A stretch of 63,676 nt of DNA, counting the filler, from Choristocarpus tenellus KU-1152 (taxonomy: Eukaryota; Protista; Phaeophyceae): the NCBI GenBank assembly GCA_964200185.2. It is 7 parts of 7 records of this genome, joined end to end, with 100 filler letters (N's around TTAATTAATTAA, not from the genome) between each part and the next. Parts side by side here need not be neighbours in the genome. Positions count along the whole stretch, not along the records: positions 1 to 11,532 come from CAXNAD020002275.1; positions 11,633 to 34,419 come from CAXNAD020000277.1; 5 more parts are not named here. One strand, given 5' to 3'. A model generated the notes under the pieces. The model was not told where the DNA came from, did no database searches, and saw only the letters and a program-made list of their open reading frames with translations. Shown here piece by piece: positions 1 through 13,457 of the stretch (the first letter of the stretch is position 1; every line of letters starts with the position of its first letter). A program made the position numbers and the translations under genes.

Positions 1-65
1 ATGGGAAGTCAAGGCCCAAAAGGACAAACAGGGCAAAACTCGTACCCTCTAAGATACCTTCACTC
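1..65. mobile_element. MITE family 1, right end only (cut by window start)
   Basis: Matches ~5058-5122 and ends in the TIR taccctctaagataccttcactc. Confidence 0.8.
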
Positions 66-407
66 CTATGTGCCTATCTCATTATCCCTCTCAAAGTTAA
101 ATTATTTTCTTCTGTATCAATCATATGCAGTCGCCTATATTTGACAGTGAATTCCTTTCCTTTCCCTTCTTTTCCACAGAATCTCAAGGTTCCTTTCCCT
201 CCTCTATTGAGAAAAAAACACAAGGTTCTTTTTGCTTTTCTCTTGTCGCTCCCTCTCCTCCACTTGACCCTCTTTTTGAACAAATGTCTCTCCTGCCCCT
301 CTCTGGGAAATTAGGACAATTCTTTCAGTAAATTGCTAAGTAAATATGACTCTATCCGTGACCTTTCCTCCCCCACCTAACCCTTACCAATCCTGGCCCG
401 CAAACAG

Positions 408-3400
408 GAGTGACCTCTCTTATCATGTACTGGGTGGTGATGACCTTGGAGGTCTATGCCTGTCCACTGATATGCGCCATAATTTTGTCAGACTACTTGA
501 GAGTAATCTTGGCCAAGGCATGTGGATGGATGCTGTGGGCTCTACCCTGGCCCGACCACTGGATACAATCCTTGCGTTTCTTACTCCTGAAGCAGCCGTG
601 GTAAGGTTTTCCTGTTATTGAATTATTTCTCTCATCCAACTTGAAGTGCCTTTTCTATGCTTAATGTTGTTCCATGGATGAATAGTAGAGCCCCTGGATA
701 CATCTCACCTTCCATTTCTTGAATCTGCCTCCTTGACTGTTGCCCCTGCACTCTGCTGCTGCAGATAGCAATTCTAACTGACACACTACTGCATCTCTCA
801 CAGGGTGCTATGTATCTTGAGTTTGCTTGCCAGGAACATCATCCTCTTCTCTGTGCTTTTGCTTTATGCAAATATGTTCCTCAAGCCTTCTGGGTTAACT
901 TTCGTTCTGATGGGCAGGAGTTTATTAACAGATCTGATACAGAATTTCAAGGGCACCGACCTTTGGACCAGAGTGATAACAGCCAGCGCATAAAGTAAAC
1001 TATTTCTACATCCCAATTGTCTTCCCATGATTTAATCACTGCTCATACTTAACTCTGTTCATGTACCCTCACAGCATTAGCCTCATGTTGCCTCCCCACT
1101 CCTCCTGCCCTGGTTCTGTATGGATCTTCCTCGGTTCAACACTCTTCCCTTGCCAATGCCAACAGCTCCACCCAGAGTCAAGGCCAACTCTCCATGTCCT
1201 TCCAGTACCTGAGGTGCCATCAATGCTATCAAATAAATCCCTGAGCCCTACCCCCAGGCAGCTAGGTTCCAATCCAAATCCCACTACCACTTCCAACCCA
1301 GCTATACCAAATGAAATTGAGACATCCTCTACGACAGAGGGTTGTGGCACTCAAGGCACTACACCAATGCCATCTTCAGGAATATTCAGTGCGCCTGGGG
1401 AAAAGGGGGGTGAGCTACGAGGGGAGAACATGTCCTCGGTGGGAGATGAAAGTGGTCATTCCCTGACAGCCACTCTGAAGGGTAGTGTCGCTGAGGAGGT
1501 TCCTGGTGCTGTTTGGCTTGGCCGAATGGCAAACGTGTTGGAACTAACGGGAGACAGAGATGAGGCAGTCCGGCTATATGGAGAGGCTTCAAATGCACTG
1601 ACAGTGCTTGTTGGAGAGAGTGCAGGAGAGAAGAGGACTACCAAGGAGTGTGCGAAACATTATTTCCCAGGGAGAGTCGTGGGAGGTGAAAGAGGAATGG
1701 GCCTGGCGAGACTGTTCCCCTTCAGTGCAAGAGCACATTTTTTGGCAGCATGCATCCAGCAAGCGTATCAAAAGCATTTCCGCAGGTGAGGATTGGTACA
1801 GCCTTGTCGTGAATGGGGGTTAGGGCTGAGGGTGCAGCTTGGGGGTGCAGTTTAAGGCTGATGCTTACTAATATTTGTAGGATCAATGCAGAAGGCAAAA
1901 AGTCTCTGTCGTGTGAGGGCGAATGGGCTGTGCCTTCAGTATTGCCACTGTGACTGTGTCCTTGAGCCATTGGGAGGTAAGATGAGTCATGGTCGTCCTT
2001 ATTACTATTACCTTGCTTCCTTTCTAGTTCTTCAAAAACATGCAAGGATGAGCAAGGAAAAAATAAATCCCACCTATCCAGAAATACTTCCGGCGTTGCC
2101 CCTAATATTCAGACGTGGTGCTGCGCAGACCTCCGTTGCTGCTGCTTTCCGAGGCTACCTTGCTCGCTCTGAAGGTTGTAAAACTCGGGCTCTGAGGGAG
2201 GCAGCAGCAACATGGATTGCAAGGTTTTGGAGGACAATTAGAAAGAAGAAATGTCGGGCGGCGGTTCAGGTGCAGGCCAGGCTGCGTGGGGGTTGGGGTC
2301 GAGCACGGGCAATGTGCTTTCAGAAGGAAAACACAATCGCCATCATGTTGCAGTGTATGGTGAGATGTATAGTGTGATCTGGCAAGATAGGAAAAAATAA
2401 AAGTGAGATCGAGCAGTATATGGATGAGATGTAGCATAGGTCTACAGCAGAAGTATTGCTGGATGACAACCTTTCTAATGTGTGTTGTCCATACCTCATG
2501 TAGGTTCCTGGTTTGTACTGGTTGTATTCACTGGGTTAAATGCGTTTTTGGAGACTTGTTGAGAATATATTTGGATACTTTTCCTTCATACAGCTCAGAG
2601 CATCACTCTTCAAATGAGATCTGGACAGTGAGTAGAGTAGTTGATTTTTTATCATGGATAGGGGAGATGCAAAGGAAGAGCCATGAATGGGGGAGGGAAA
2701 GAGGTGTGTGTGTGGGGGGGGAAGCTCGTTTGAACTACACACCCAATCATCGTGTTCAATTCCCAAGGAGGCCCCTGCCTTGACTGGGAAGAGAGAAGGA
2801 TCATTCTTGGTACAAATATATCATTGACTTTAGATCCCCAACCTCAATCATCTACACTGGAGTACATATGACAAGAGTCCATACACATTTTCCCAAATTT
2901 CAAGCATCTCCTCACTTCTTACAGTCCATCGCACATCCAGACTATTCCTCACTTGAACCTCGACATAACATCTCCATATCATGCATGCCCTGACTGTCCA
3001 AGTTTCGGGTTTATAGTGCAAAGAGTAAGGTCCATCACCAGGGGCTTGCCCTGAAGTCAGCAATTTGTGTACAGGCCCTCCAAAGGGGCTATACATGTCG
3101 CACGGTAAGGGCTGCAGCAATCGGAGACATCCACAGCATGGCATGGAAGGCTGCTCAGGGTGCGGATTAAAAAAAAAAGTCAAATTGCAGTAAATGTGAT
3201 TCCCACATGCCCTGGAGCATGGTGGGAAAACTTCCAAGTATTGCTTATTGATAGTAAGAAGTAGAAGTATAATTATACTCCAGAGTTGTTGTACTTCCTT
3301 GAGGTGAGTTCTACATCTCAATACTTCGATTCTAATTGTGAATTTAATGCTTGGTAGTGTGCTTCAAAATATATTTCGCAGAGTTGAAAGTAAATGCATC

Positions 3401-4249
3401 CGAGGTCTTATTACACACACCAAAAGACTATGGTGGTGAAGTTCTAGTCTGTCCTGAGGCATTCTTCCTTCATCACATATATATGGAAAAAATCTGATTT
3501 CTCTGTTATGCCCCATGAAGTCCTGGAATTGACTCCTAATGTCGACTCCTAGGTACTCATGCAAGGAAGGGGCAGAGAGTGATCCAAGTACATCTATATT
3601 GGATCTTTAAAAGCTTGTATCCTATGGCCTCTACATGCTAGGTCCTTGGTGTGGAGTCATATTTGTTGCGAAATGCATAAAAAATGCACGATAATGATAA
3701 ACTACAACCACAATAATTTTGATGTTGGGCTATGTTGATGTTTTGTGGGAAATGAGTGGAGGTATATACAGGCATGATTCTGGGCACTCTTTGATTGGGG
3801 GAAAGTTGGAGGGCAGGTGTATCGAATGGCGTGGACAAAGGAGATGGGATAGAAGAGTGGGTGTGGACAAAGGACATGTGCATCTTGAGGTGTTAAATGT
3901 TCCATTAGATTGTAGGTAATTTTATTCCAAAGCCTGTCACAGAGCAACAGTGTAGCTATGTGTAAATTCATGAACTTCTGCCTGAACTCATTGTGAAGAA
4001 CACCTGCCATTGACAGTGGTTGATAACAGCTGCCAATGACCCCTGATCAAAAGTGAAGCCCACATTTAAAAAAATCTATTAACAACACACCATCCTCAGA
4101 CCTACGGCAGATCAACTACTCAATCGTTGACAAGAAAGAGATTTCTGACCTTGAGAGGAGGAATCTATAATTCAGTGTCACACATCAGCTCAGGTCCTAA
4201 TTTCAGGGTCCCTACAATAGCATACCCGCTCCTCCTTCCCCCCCCCCCC

Positions 4250-4301
<52 letters not shown>

Positions 4302-7300
4302 AACTCCTCTCTGAAACGAACAAAACTGTCATCCCCACATAAATGAATGAGACGACAGTTATAATCCGAAGGTTTAGAGGAATTCTACATAGAAGATATG
4401 CCTCAATGGTGAGAGGAGCCAAGTTGGAAGATGAAATAGTACGGCGAGAAGAAGAGAACCGTCATGTCCAGATCAGGGTGGGGCTGGCCTTGAAGAGGAC
4501 AGAGCTATACCTCCAGGTGAACGCACTAAAATCTCCTAGATTGTGTGTATGAGTTTGAGAAAATGGTGCTAGTGACCGGTGTCATAGGGATGATGGTGAT
4601 GGTGATGTTATTACTCCAAAGTAGTACCAGTATTGACAAGGTGGAGAGAATAGGGGGTGTTCAGCAAAATAGACAGAGTTCAATTTTGGTGAGCAGTACA
4701 GTGCCACTGAGCAAGATTTTGCAGATATTATTTTGGGTATAAAACATTGTTTTGTCAGCAACTAAATATGCACAACTTCATACTGCTTCTCCTACCTGTT
4801 TATTTATTAAGGAAGAAATATTTGGGCTTCCTAGATTAGTCAGTGACCCCCCAATAATGTACGGAGCCAAAGTGTCTTAGAGAGTAGGGCCGCGTCCATT
4901 TGGGGGCCAAAATCCAATGCTGTGATTTTGATGTAATTTTGGCTATCGTGTTTGTTAGGAAGTGTCAGTATCCTTGTTCCGGATACACCTTTTCATAACG
5001 TATACATTTTTCCTACTCCAAAACATTCTTGGAATAGGAAAATGTCATAAAGAAACCATGGGAAGCCAAGCCCCAAATGGACAAACAGGGCAAAACTCCT
5101 ACCCTCTAAGATACTTTCCCTCACGGTAATAAAATTGTGAGGTGTTGTGGGTCAAGCAAATCCTATTCACTGAAGATGAAACAGATGCCTCTTCCACTCG
5201 TGCAAGAACTGCTGCTATTCAAATATTTCTCTCCCCTATCCCCTCAAGCTCAGTATATGGCACACGCACAACAGTTTGTTGCCTGGACTGTGTTCTTAAG
5301 TCTTTGTTGGTCCCACAAGCATCCACCTCTATTTCATAGCTCAGTATCAAGGGTATGCTGCTTGATCTTTTACATATACCCCTCCATCACCCCTCACAAT
5401 TTCACTGCTCCTCTCCCGTCCTGTCTCAGTGCTGTAACACCTTCAATGGTGTATATTTGAAGGAGAGGCATTTCTCGTGGATAATGGTCCATATTTCCAC
5501 CTTTTTTCAAAGTCTTCTCATTCCCCGCTGACTCTCAAAATGGTTACCCAACAGACGCCTGCAGGCAAGACAGAGCTTCGGCAGGAACTCAAGAGAGTCA
5601 AGGTGGCAAGGATCCGTCGGCGCGCCAACCTTCGTCAGCTTCCTCCAGAGGAGGTTCTTCGTGACGAGACCAAAGATATTTTCGAATCTTTTGATGCTGA
5701 CGGATCAGGGACAATCAATGTGTGATGGTGCTCCTCCGATGGAATAACCATTTCCAATGAGACAAATCTGTGTGTTTGTTGCAATGTATGGTACACAGTA
5801 GCACTTTAATGCGATTTGGATGGATGAAACACAGCATCACTATAAGAAGAGCTGAGTGTTTAAACTTGACCTGTGAGTACTGATAGGTAGGAAGATGTAG
5901 TCGCATTCAATTTGGACACAAGTCATGGTGACAAGTTGAGAGAGGTGTTCTGACTCTTTGTTTCACAACGCACCGTCAGTTCATCCTTTCTTGCCTTGGT
6001 TCAACTGCCGTCCAGCGCCTGTGTAGTACATCTGAGAAAAAGAGCACAGGTAAACAAGAGGTACCCAGGTTTTGGCAGTTTTTTTGTTTTAAGCTTCTTT
6101 TTCATATTTGTAATCACCCTTATTTCTATGGGTGGTGAGCTAAGATTTAATCAAGAGGGCAGATTTCTACATTGTTCAAAATTTTCGACAGGGTTCAGAA
6201 ATGTCCCTACCCGTAATTGAACAAATGTGGAATTTTGCACAATTGTCAACATCCATAAAATGCAACCCTGGGCACCTCTCGTTTACTTTGGCTAAAAGGG
6301 ATGCAGTCAATTGATCAAACAACAAAGATGATTAGCTAAACAGATCTCCCCTTTCCCAGTGTTTCAATGTGCCTGACTACACCTCTCTGTCCTTTCCTCA
6401 ATCCCACAATCACTCCACTATTTCCCAATCCGATGCTGCAACCCCCCTATCCCAATCCCTGGTGCCATTACCCAGACACCTGAGCTCCAACCTCTGCTGA
6501 AAACCCTTAGAGGTTCTGTTTCTGATGCGGAGCTGAAGGTGGCCCTATCCCAGCTAGATGCAGATGGAAGTGGAGATATTAGCTTTGATGAATTCTACCA
6601 TTGGTTCACCAGTGCCACTGTTATAGGGGGGAAACAGTGGGAAGGGGATGTGGAGACGATGAGAAGTGGCGATAAAGGGGAGGGGGTCACAAGCATGATC
6701 ACCTCTGGCTTCTTGAAGGCAAGTTTAGAATATTCGCCCCCCATGTGCAAGTATTTGGAAACCATGACAAAATTCGACCTCCTTGTAGATCTGGGGAAAA
6801 CAACACAGCAATGTGTGAGCTCATGGAGAGCAAGGTCGATATATAAGTCAAGGTTGCACCAGACTGAGCATTAAATTCCGTGGTGGATGTCAAAATAAAT
6901 ACACCATCTATTTTGAAGTTTTTTTTTAGTCCTATGTCCTCTGTTGTTTGTCACTCTTCTGTTTTGGTCATCTGTCCTTACTCTGTCACCAACCGGAATT
7001 AGGGTGGGCTACATTCCAGTCTCCTAGGGTTAGGGTTAGGCATACCTTTTTTTGCGTTTGCTGAATAATCTCGGAACTGACTTGTCCATTGTTTACCTCT
7101 CCTTTTTGAACTTGTCTTTGAGCTAGGCACGCAGAGAGTTGAAAGCCCTTACTGGGGGTGGACTGGAGTCAATTGCCAGGAGAGAGGTTTTGAAGAGGGC
7201 CGCTAGTCTTGCCGCCAGGGAGGCCCAGGCATGGAACATACTAGTGCTGGGGGGTAAAATTGCTTTTCCGATCACTTGGTAGTCTCTACTAGGCTGCAAT

Positions 7301-10300
7301 GCTTGCTGTTGCCTGAACTGGATCGTAGTTATAGGGATGATCTCTACCTTCTGATGGATCTGACGGGTTTTTTCCTGTTCTAACTTGGTCCAAGATGTTT
7401 AAGTACCCTACAACTGGAAGCAGCCCTCTAGTCATGAATAACATATCTGTCAGTCTGGTGGTCATACCAAATGAAGCATACGTTGTAGATTGCCCGCTGA
7501 GATCCAAGTGGAGAAAAAATTTCTAACATTCTTTCTTGCTATTTTTTCTATCTTTGTAGCAAGGATGTCCTATAATAGGGGCTATGTGTGAGTGGAAAAG
7601 ATTGTTGCATTGCTGCATTAAGGACTCAGGACCTACATGACCCCAAAGGAAGATCAGAGACTGTAAATAAAGCAGAAAGTAAACATTGGTAAAAATATAA
7701 TGGAATATGCTCAGCATATAATATTGAGTACACACTTTAAATATCTGATGTATCACATCGACCTAATATGACATGTTAACCTTGCCACCTTTCCTACCCT
7801 CTTGATGAATATTTTCAGGGTTTAATTATATCAGTGCCATCATCATTATTGTCATCATGAACAAGTGAACATACACATTTTTCCGAATGTTTGGTTCCAC
7901 CTGATCTCCTGGAACTCCCATCCAAACAACATTCTTAATCTGGGTTTTGTAGACAGTTCTATTTTTGAAGGAGAAATGTCCCCTCTCACCCTAACATCAA
8001 ATTTGATATTCTCATTGGGCTATCCATAGGACACCTGTGTTATTGGTCAACAGATGTGCCACCCCAGTCAACCTCCCCACCTACTGTCTCTCTTCCACAG
8101 ATCGCCCTTTCAAGGGGAAGGAAATTGTTTGACCAGACTCTACCTCATGGAAGAAGTCAAACAACAAAACGAGCGGAAGTACTTCATTGTTGGTCTTCCA
8201 CTCCCCCAATTGCATAAGCATCTCAAACTTGACCAACGATGACATGTCATATTTCAATCACTCCCCCCACCTCACCATCCATGGAACCAATTCTCCTTTC
8301 ACCATAGATTGCCTGCACCATCTTGTAGTGACGCTGTGGCTAGGGTGGCTCTCAGGCTCTGTATCTTGCTGATGCTCTCAGTTTTCACTGGAAATGATTT
8401 GCTGTATTTCATCTCTGTCCGTTCCACAAGTTGATTGGCCTATATCAACATACATTAAAGAGTGTAATTGAGGTAGGTTGCACTTAGCCTGCACTTGCCC
8501 CTCTCCATTCTTTCCCCTTGTTCTTCTTTGATAGGCGGGGTTTCGCTCTGACCATCCCCCATGTTTCGAGTGCTGCATTTGCCGGGAGGCGTTTGTGTTG
8601 TATGGGAACTTGTGGCGGCACTTTGGGGGTGGTCGGTAAGTGAAGACGGGAAGTTCACAATCGAAGTTGGTATGTCATAATTATGGTAAGGTTCAATTTT
8701 CTGCGGAGTAATTTGGTTATTTAAGTGGGTTTGGGTGCATTGTGTAATTGTGGGGGTTAGTTAGGCCTGCAGAATGAGTGCCTTCTGTTGCCTCAAAGTG
8801 AAATAGTGTACCATGCATCTAAGCTATCCTAAGAGAGTAAATAGTGTTTTTGTGAGGTGTTTCCCAGCCCTGAGTCATATTATTGTCATAGCTACTATCA
8901 TTAGTAGCTAGTGCTGGTGATCTTGGCATAACCAACACTGGTGTCCATGGTGCCTACTGGAATGGAGAAGTAACGTGATGTTGACCCAATTATAGTAAGG
9001 GGGAATGTGTATGTATATGTTCATATCCTGGTGTTTTGGAAATGAGCATGAGAATCTGGATGGAGATCACTATCAGTAGAGATGAACTGTCAAATACAAG
9101 TGCTTCCTCTGCCCTCTGATACTCTAGATATTCCCCCTTCAGTCTAGAGGCACGAGTGTGATATCCAACCAACAATATTCGTAGGGTAAAGGTACTAGAA
9201 GGGGAAGGAAAGTAGGCCCATTTTATACCACACCAGTGATAAGCTGATAACGGTATTTCACCGTGTTGTTACTCCCCCATCCAAGCTGACCCCGACTATT
9301 TGACCCATGCACAGAAATCATGCTTCGAAGTATGGATACTGTCTTTCCTCCCTCCCCAATTCCCCAATATACGCCATAACCGAAGCCTAGTGCACAGAAC
9401 ACAACAAATCTGGATAGAGGAACTCTCTCCCTTCTTGTTCTCCTCCACACCCCATGCCGTATCAGCTTGGGTGGCAACTTGAGGGCGGACCTCATCTGTC
9501 GGAAGCGTGGTAAACGTGGTCGCCTCTTTCTTGAGCAAAAGGTAGTTGGGATGGAGCTTGCAGCACAGAGGAAGGCAGAAAGTCAATGGAGGAGGGCAAT
9601 GGACGAGAGATATTGTCTGGATTTTGTGGCGGGAAGAGCTGAAGCTGAAGAGGGAGCAAGGCTGGATTCCAAGGTACTCTGTAGTGGTAGGTACTCTCTG
9701 CTGTATGGTGTATGTTTTTTGTAGTGGGACTGAGGTGGGAGGCCTTGAGAGGAATGTCTTGAGAGGAATGTCTTGAGAAAGTAAAAATATCAAGAAGAGT
9801 GGCACAACAATAGACTCATGGTTTTCGTAATAACTATGTGAGGAAGAGGGGGTTACTAGACAAGTGGAACATAGGGAAGGAGAGTAAACATGTAGGGGCA
9901 CCGAAAAGGTACGAATTGTTTGCTGTCCTGCTATGCTGGTCAGCATTTTCCTATAATGGAGAGCTGGGGCACACCATACCCGACAACAACCATTCCCTTT
10001 GATGAAGCAAGCATGTTATATCATACTTCAGGTACTTGGCAAGGTTCTCATAAACCATTTCTCTCAGCTCCCACTCTCCTAGGCAGAAGCAATTCTTGTC
10101 ATGTCATCATTGGCAAGGTACTAGCGACCAATTCAGTTGTCCACTAGCCCTCCCTGCCTATTAACTCAGCAATCACAACCCAAAGTATCTGGGGGGGGGA
10201 AGGGGTCTACACCAGGGTGTCCATTTGGACCATAACCAGGAAAAGGGTACTTACATTATCCCTCCGATGAATGCAACCTAATCACCCAAACATTGCGACA

Positions 10301-11183
10301 TGAAAAAATCGGCCCCAAATTGACAGCCGCTACCCCCCTCCAGATACTTTGAGTCTCATGGTGTTGACTGAGTCTGTTTCCCTCCTCCACCACCTCTAGT
10401 ACCCCAGTCCAAATATATACTCAAAGTTTAACTTTACCAACCCATTCAATTCTTCCCTACATAACTCCACACCACCAATACCAACCACACAACAGCCAAG
10501 CAACAATATGTTCCTAGTCTTGAACTTGATGACAAGTCCCATGTCACAATCACCGCAACCATATATGGAACTATATATTTACATAACATGTTTATCTAAA
10601 TTTTTCTGTTCATCAGGGCTCCACATCTGCCTCTACACTAGCAACTTTGACACAAGGCATTTACGTGTCATACATGGATCAACTCATGAAGGAGTTTGGG
10701 AGGCAGTTCGCTCAGACAGGAATACAAACAAGTGTGGGGACTGAAGCAGGGAGAGGGGTAGGGGAGGAGGTCAGGATGGGAACTGTGGAAAGTCACAGTT
10801 CAGAGGCAAGAATGGCATTGCTTGCTCACTGTGCCTGGTTGACATCCAAGGTGGGCAGTTTATGCTGTTGGGCAGCCTCCACCACTATCAGCTGGCACAA
10901 CATCCTTTGCTATTATGCCTTCTCAAGGAAACATAAGCAGTGTACATGTTGGACTGTGAGAAAGGAGTCCAATCAAGGCAGTATTCAAAATAATAAAGTT
11001 TGCTATCAATTCGTGCATCATCATTTGCTGCCGTGACCATCCTTCCAGGCCTTTGATCGGGATGGGGAAGGCGTTATTGATGTCAGTGAGATTGATGGAC
11101 TCCTGGGGGCGTTGGGCATCAGCCCCACTGAAAATGAAATGGAGATGCTACTCGAAGAGATGGATAAGGGTAACAGTGGTCAG
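408..11183 (+). CDS. Multi-exon gene (partial at both ends) for a large protein with IQ motifs, two EF-hand pairs and a C2H2-like zinc finger
   Basis: AG/GT(GC)-bounded exons: 408-600, 804-994, 1075-1785, 2113-2359, ~4359-4516 (5' boundary unresolved), 5555-5719, 6476-6718, 7127-7228, 8535-8635, 9466-9673, 10617-10850, 11049-11183. All junctions are phase-consistent except 2359 to ~4359. IQ-like motifs: IQQAYQKHFRR, AAAFRGYLAR, VQARLRGGWGR. EF loops: DADGSGTINTPE (spliced), DADGSGDISFDE, DRDGEGVIDVSE, and DKGNSGQ (no further exon before the contig end). Finger-like motif: FECCICREAFVLYGNLWRH. Confidence 0.8.
4252..4301. repeat. (CCTGTC)n hexamer microsatellite
   Basis: About 8 perfect units after a poly-C run. 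Confidence 0.9.
4864..5122. mobile_element. MITE family 1 (~260 bp, non-autonomous DNA transposon)
   Basis: TIRs gagccaaagtgtcttagagagta / taccctctaagatactttccctc; flanks acg/acg; full-length homology to 12310-12567 and 33332-33594. Confidence 0.85.
6042..6294. mobile_element. Degenerate TIR element related to 15249-15830
   Basis: The left end gagcacaggtaaacaagaggtacccagg resembles the reverse complement of the right end (tagccaaagtaaacgagaggtgcccagg). It shares taaaatgcaaccctg with ~15792. Confidence 0.55.
10177..10355. mobile_element. MITE family 2 (~170-180 bp)
   Basis: TIRs cccaaagtatctggggg / cccctccagatactttgagtc; homologous to 13277-13457, 17235-17403 and 42108-42165. Confidence 0.85.
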
Positions 11184-11532
11184 GTAGGTGTAACAATACC
11201 TAGCCCAATGACTGGAGCTCCACAGCAGTCACGAATGATCACAAACCTCTTGTGGTTAAGGTTGGGAAGAAATTTTCCACAAGGGATTGTTCTAGTTTTG
11301 CCCATATATCAACCAAGGCAGCGTTGCTTTCAAGAGCAACCCCTGCTTACAAATGTTTTGGCTGGTTTACCTTCTGCTACCTCGCAGTTTGTTTTTTTTG
11401 CTCCCGATCTTGTACACATAAGGCACATGTAATACATCATCTAAAAAATCATCTAATGCATCATCCACCCCAAACTCCCACCCCATGCGGCATTACCAAC
11501 CCCCCCCCCCCCCCCCCCCCCCCCCTCTTCCC

Positions 11533-11632
11533 NNNNNNNNNNNNNNNNNNNNNNNNNNNNNNNNNNNNNNNNNNNNTTAATTAATTAANNNNNNNNNNNN
11601 NNNNNNNNNNNNNNNNNNNNNNNNNNNNNNNN
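11533..11632. other. Artificial contig-joining spacer (also at 34420-34519, 37569-37668, 42008-42107, 54990-55089, 60958-61057)
   Basis: Identical 100-bp N44-TTAATTAATTAA-N44 blocks carrying stops in all six frames. Confidence 0.97.
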
Positions 11633-11942
11633 ATAAGCCTTTATTCTTCAACTTCTTAGTGACTTTGACATTTTCCTCTGTAATGTTACGTAGGTATTCC
11701 GAATCTTATTGTGCATCTTCTCAAAATAATAATTTATCCAGTAAGGCTACCTATGTGTTACAAATATCGTATATAGTTCGTACTTGTTAGAACGCGAGAA
11801 ACAATCTTCACACTATACGTCTGTCACAAATGTTCGTATATCCTGAAACATGAGGATAAAATGCTCGCACTATTCGCGTGTAACAAATGCTTGCACTTCG
11901 TTGAAATACAAGAAGAAACGCTCGCGCTATTCGCCTGTAACA
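11633..11942 (-). mobile_element. Partial member of the TGTTACAGGCG-terminated family (solo LTR or Ginger-like)
   Basis: Ends in gctattcgcctgtaaca, like 34172; three degenerate ctat(a/t)cg..tgt.aca sub-repeats; the other end is cut by the contig edge. Confidence 0.55.
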
Positions 11943-11959
11943 GGAGATGATCTGTCTGA

Positions 11960-12870
11960 GGATTGCTCTTATTGAGAGGTGGTTGAAGGGTTGATTTGGG
12001 TCAGCAATATGACCAGACCTGATATGGCTAAGGCAGTGAGAGGGGTAGCCCGTCATTCGCATGATGCTCCAAGCCATATGCATTGGAGAACTGTGACCCA
12101 GATCCTCAAATAATGCTTCACAGCCACGCGCGAGTTGAACCTTACCTACTTAAAAGGAGTAGGAGTGGACCTGTTGGGCTACACTGATGTAGACTTCGCC
12201 AACGAGACCATTGACAGGGCGTTCTATATCAAGGGGAACAGTTATGTATCAGCAGGGAGTAGTAATTTGTGTTTCTAGTACCCAGTGTGTCATTGCACAG
12301 GTCACACTAGAGTGAAAGTATCTTAGAGGGTACGAGTTCTGCCCCGTTTGTCCATTTGGGGCTTGGCCTCCCATGGTTCTTGTATGACATTTTCCTACTC
12401 CAAAATGTTTAGGAGTAGGTAAAGTGTGTATGTTATGAAAAGGGGTATCTGGAACATGGATACTGACACTTCCTAACAAACACGATATCCAAAATTACAT
12501 CAAATTCGTAACATTCGAATTTGGCCCTCAAATGTACGCGGCTCTACCCTCTAAGATACTTTGGTTCACCAGAGGCAGAATACATAGCGATGGAGGAATG
12601 TGCGAAGGAGTTGTTTTTGAAGGGTGTCTTGGAGTCTGTATGACCTGATGTGAATGGCTCTTGCTATATGGTGTATGAAGAAAATATGGGAGCCATTCAT
12701 TTTGCTAGCGACCCTCCGAGTTCAGGCAGGACCAAGCACACAGATATACAAAACTTGCTCATTCCCTTACTTGGTAGCAACTACTGGAGAGATAGAGATT
12801 ATCCACATGATACCAGATGAGCAGCATACAGATGTGGAGACTAATCCTCTCCCAGACGAATCTTTTTAGA
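11960..12870 (+). mobile_element. Decayed Ty1/Copia pol fragment (RT C-terminus and RNase H)
   Basis: Translates, with stops and frameshifts, to LIWVSNMTRPDMAKAV, HWRTVTQILK, LLGYTDVDFA, QCVIAQVT[MITE]PEAEYIAM, RTKHTDI and EQHTDVETNPL. These are canonical Copia motifs. Confidence 0.9.
12310..12567. mobile_element. MITE family 1 nested in the Copia RNase H
   Basis: Reverse-orientation copy; flanks acta/acca. Confidence 0.88.
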
Positions 12871-13276
12871 GGCATACAGGGACTTTCCTGAATTTGGAGG
12901 GTTGTTTGTAGTATTTTTTCCAGGCAGGTTTGAATTCCTTTGTGTTTGTTTGGATTTCTTTGTTAACGGACATGAAGAAATTGAATCTTCAACTTGAATA
13001 TATATTCAACCTTTAGTTCACAGCATCAATTTGTCATAGATCAACTCTATTCTTCCTCATCTGTTTGTTGCCTGTGAGAAATAATATCACCATCCATAAT
13101 CCACAGTGTGGGAATCACCAATGGGGGGTGGGGACCAGGGTTATTTGTACGGGTGGAATAACGGAGGGTGGAAACAATGAAAAAATCGTTGGAGAACACA
13201 TTCCGAATCGTTATTCCCACTGCTATACTCGGGGGATCAGTAGCACTCGTGACCCAGGGGACCCCTGCCTTGGTCA

Positions 13277-13457
13277 GGCTGAAAGTATCTGGATGGAGGT
13301 GGCGGCTGTACATTCGGGCCCTATTTTTCCTTGTCGCGATTTTGGGATGATTTGGTTGCATACGTCAGATGGATCATGTAGGTTCACTTCTCCTGGTCAG
13401 GGCCCGAATGGAGATCCTGGTGTAACCCCCCCCCTCCTTCCCCAGATACTTTAAGCC
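13277..13457. mobile_element. MITE family 2 (reverse orientation)
   Basis: ggctgaaagtatctgg...cccagatactttaagcc; flanks tca/tca. Confidence 0.8.

Noticed and set aside
4165-4422. RD-repeat ORF and the many other 60-150 aa ORFs in the track
   Set aside because: These are microsatellite translations, antisense shadows of exons or chance ORFs in introns.
7024-7040. TTAGGG telomere-like repeats (also ~39782 and ~48468)
   Set aside because: Only 2-3 units each, too short to call an interstitial telomere.
7900-8330. Possible LINE RT remnant on the minus strand (also ~9940-10150)
   Set aside because: Only faint YADD/YLG-like traces; too decayed to support.
11533-11632. TTAATTAATTAA palindrome recurring six times
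   Set aside because: Always embedded in identical N blocks, so it is an assembly spacer. It also means the genes here cannot be read as a cluster.
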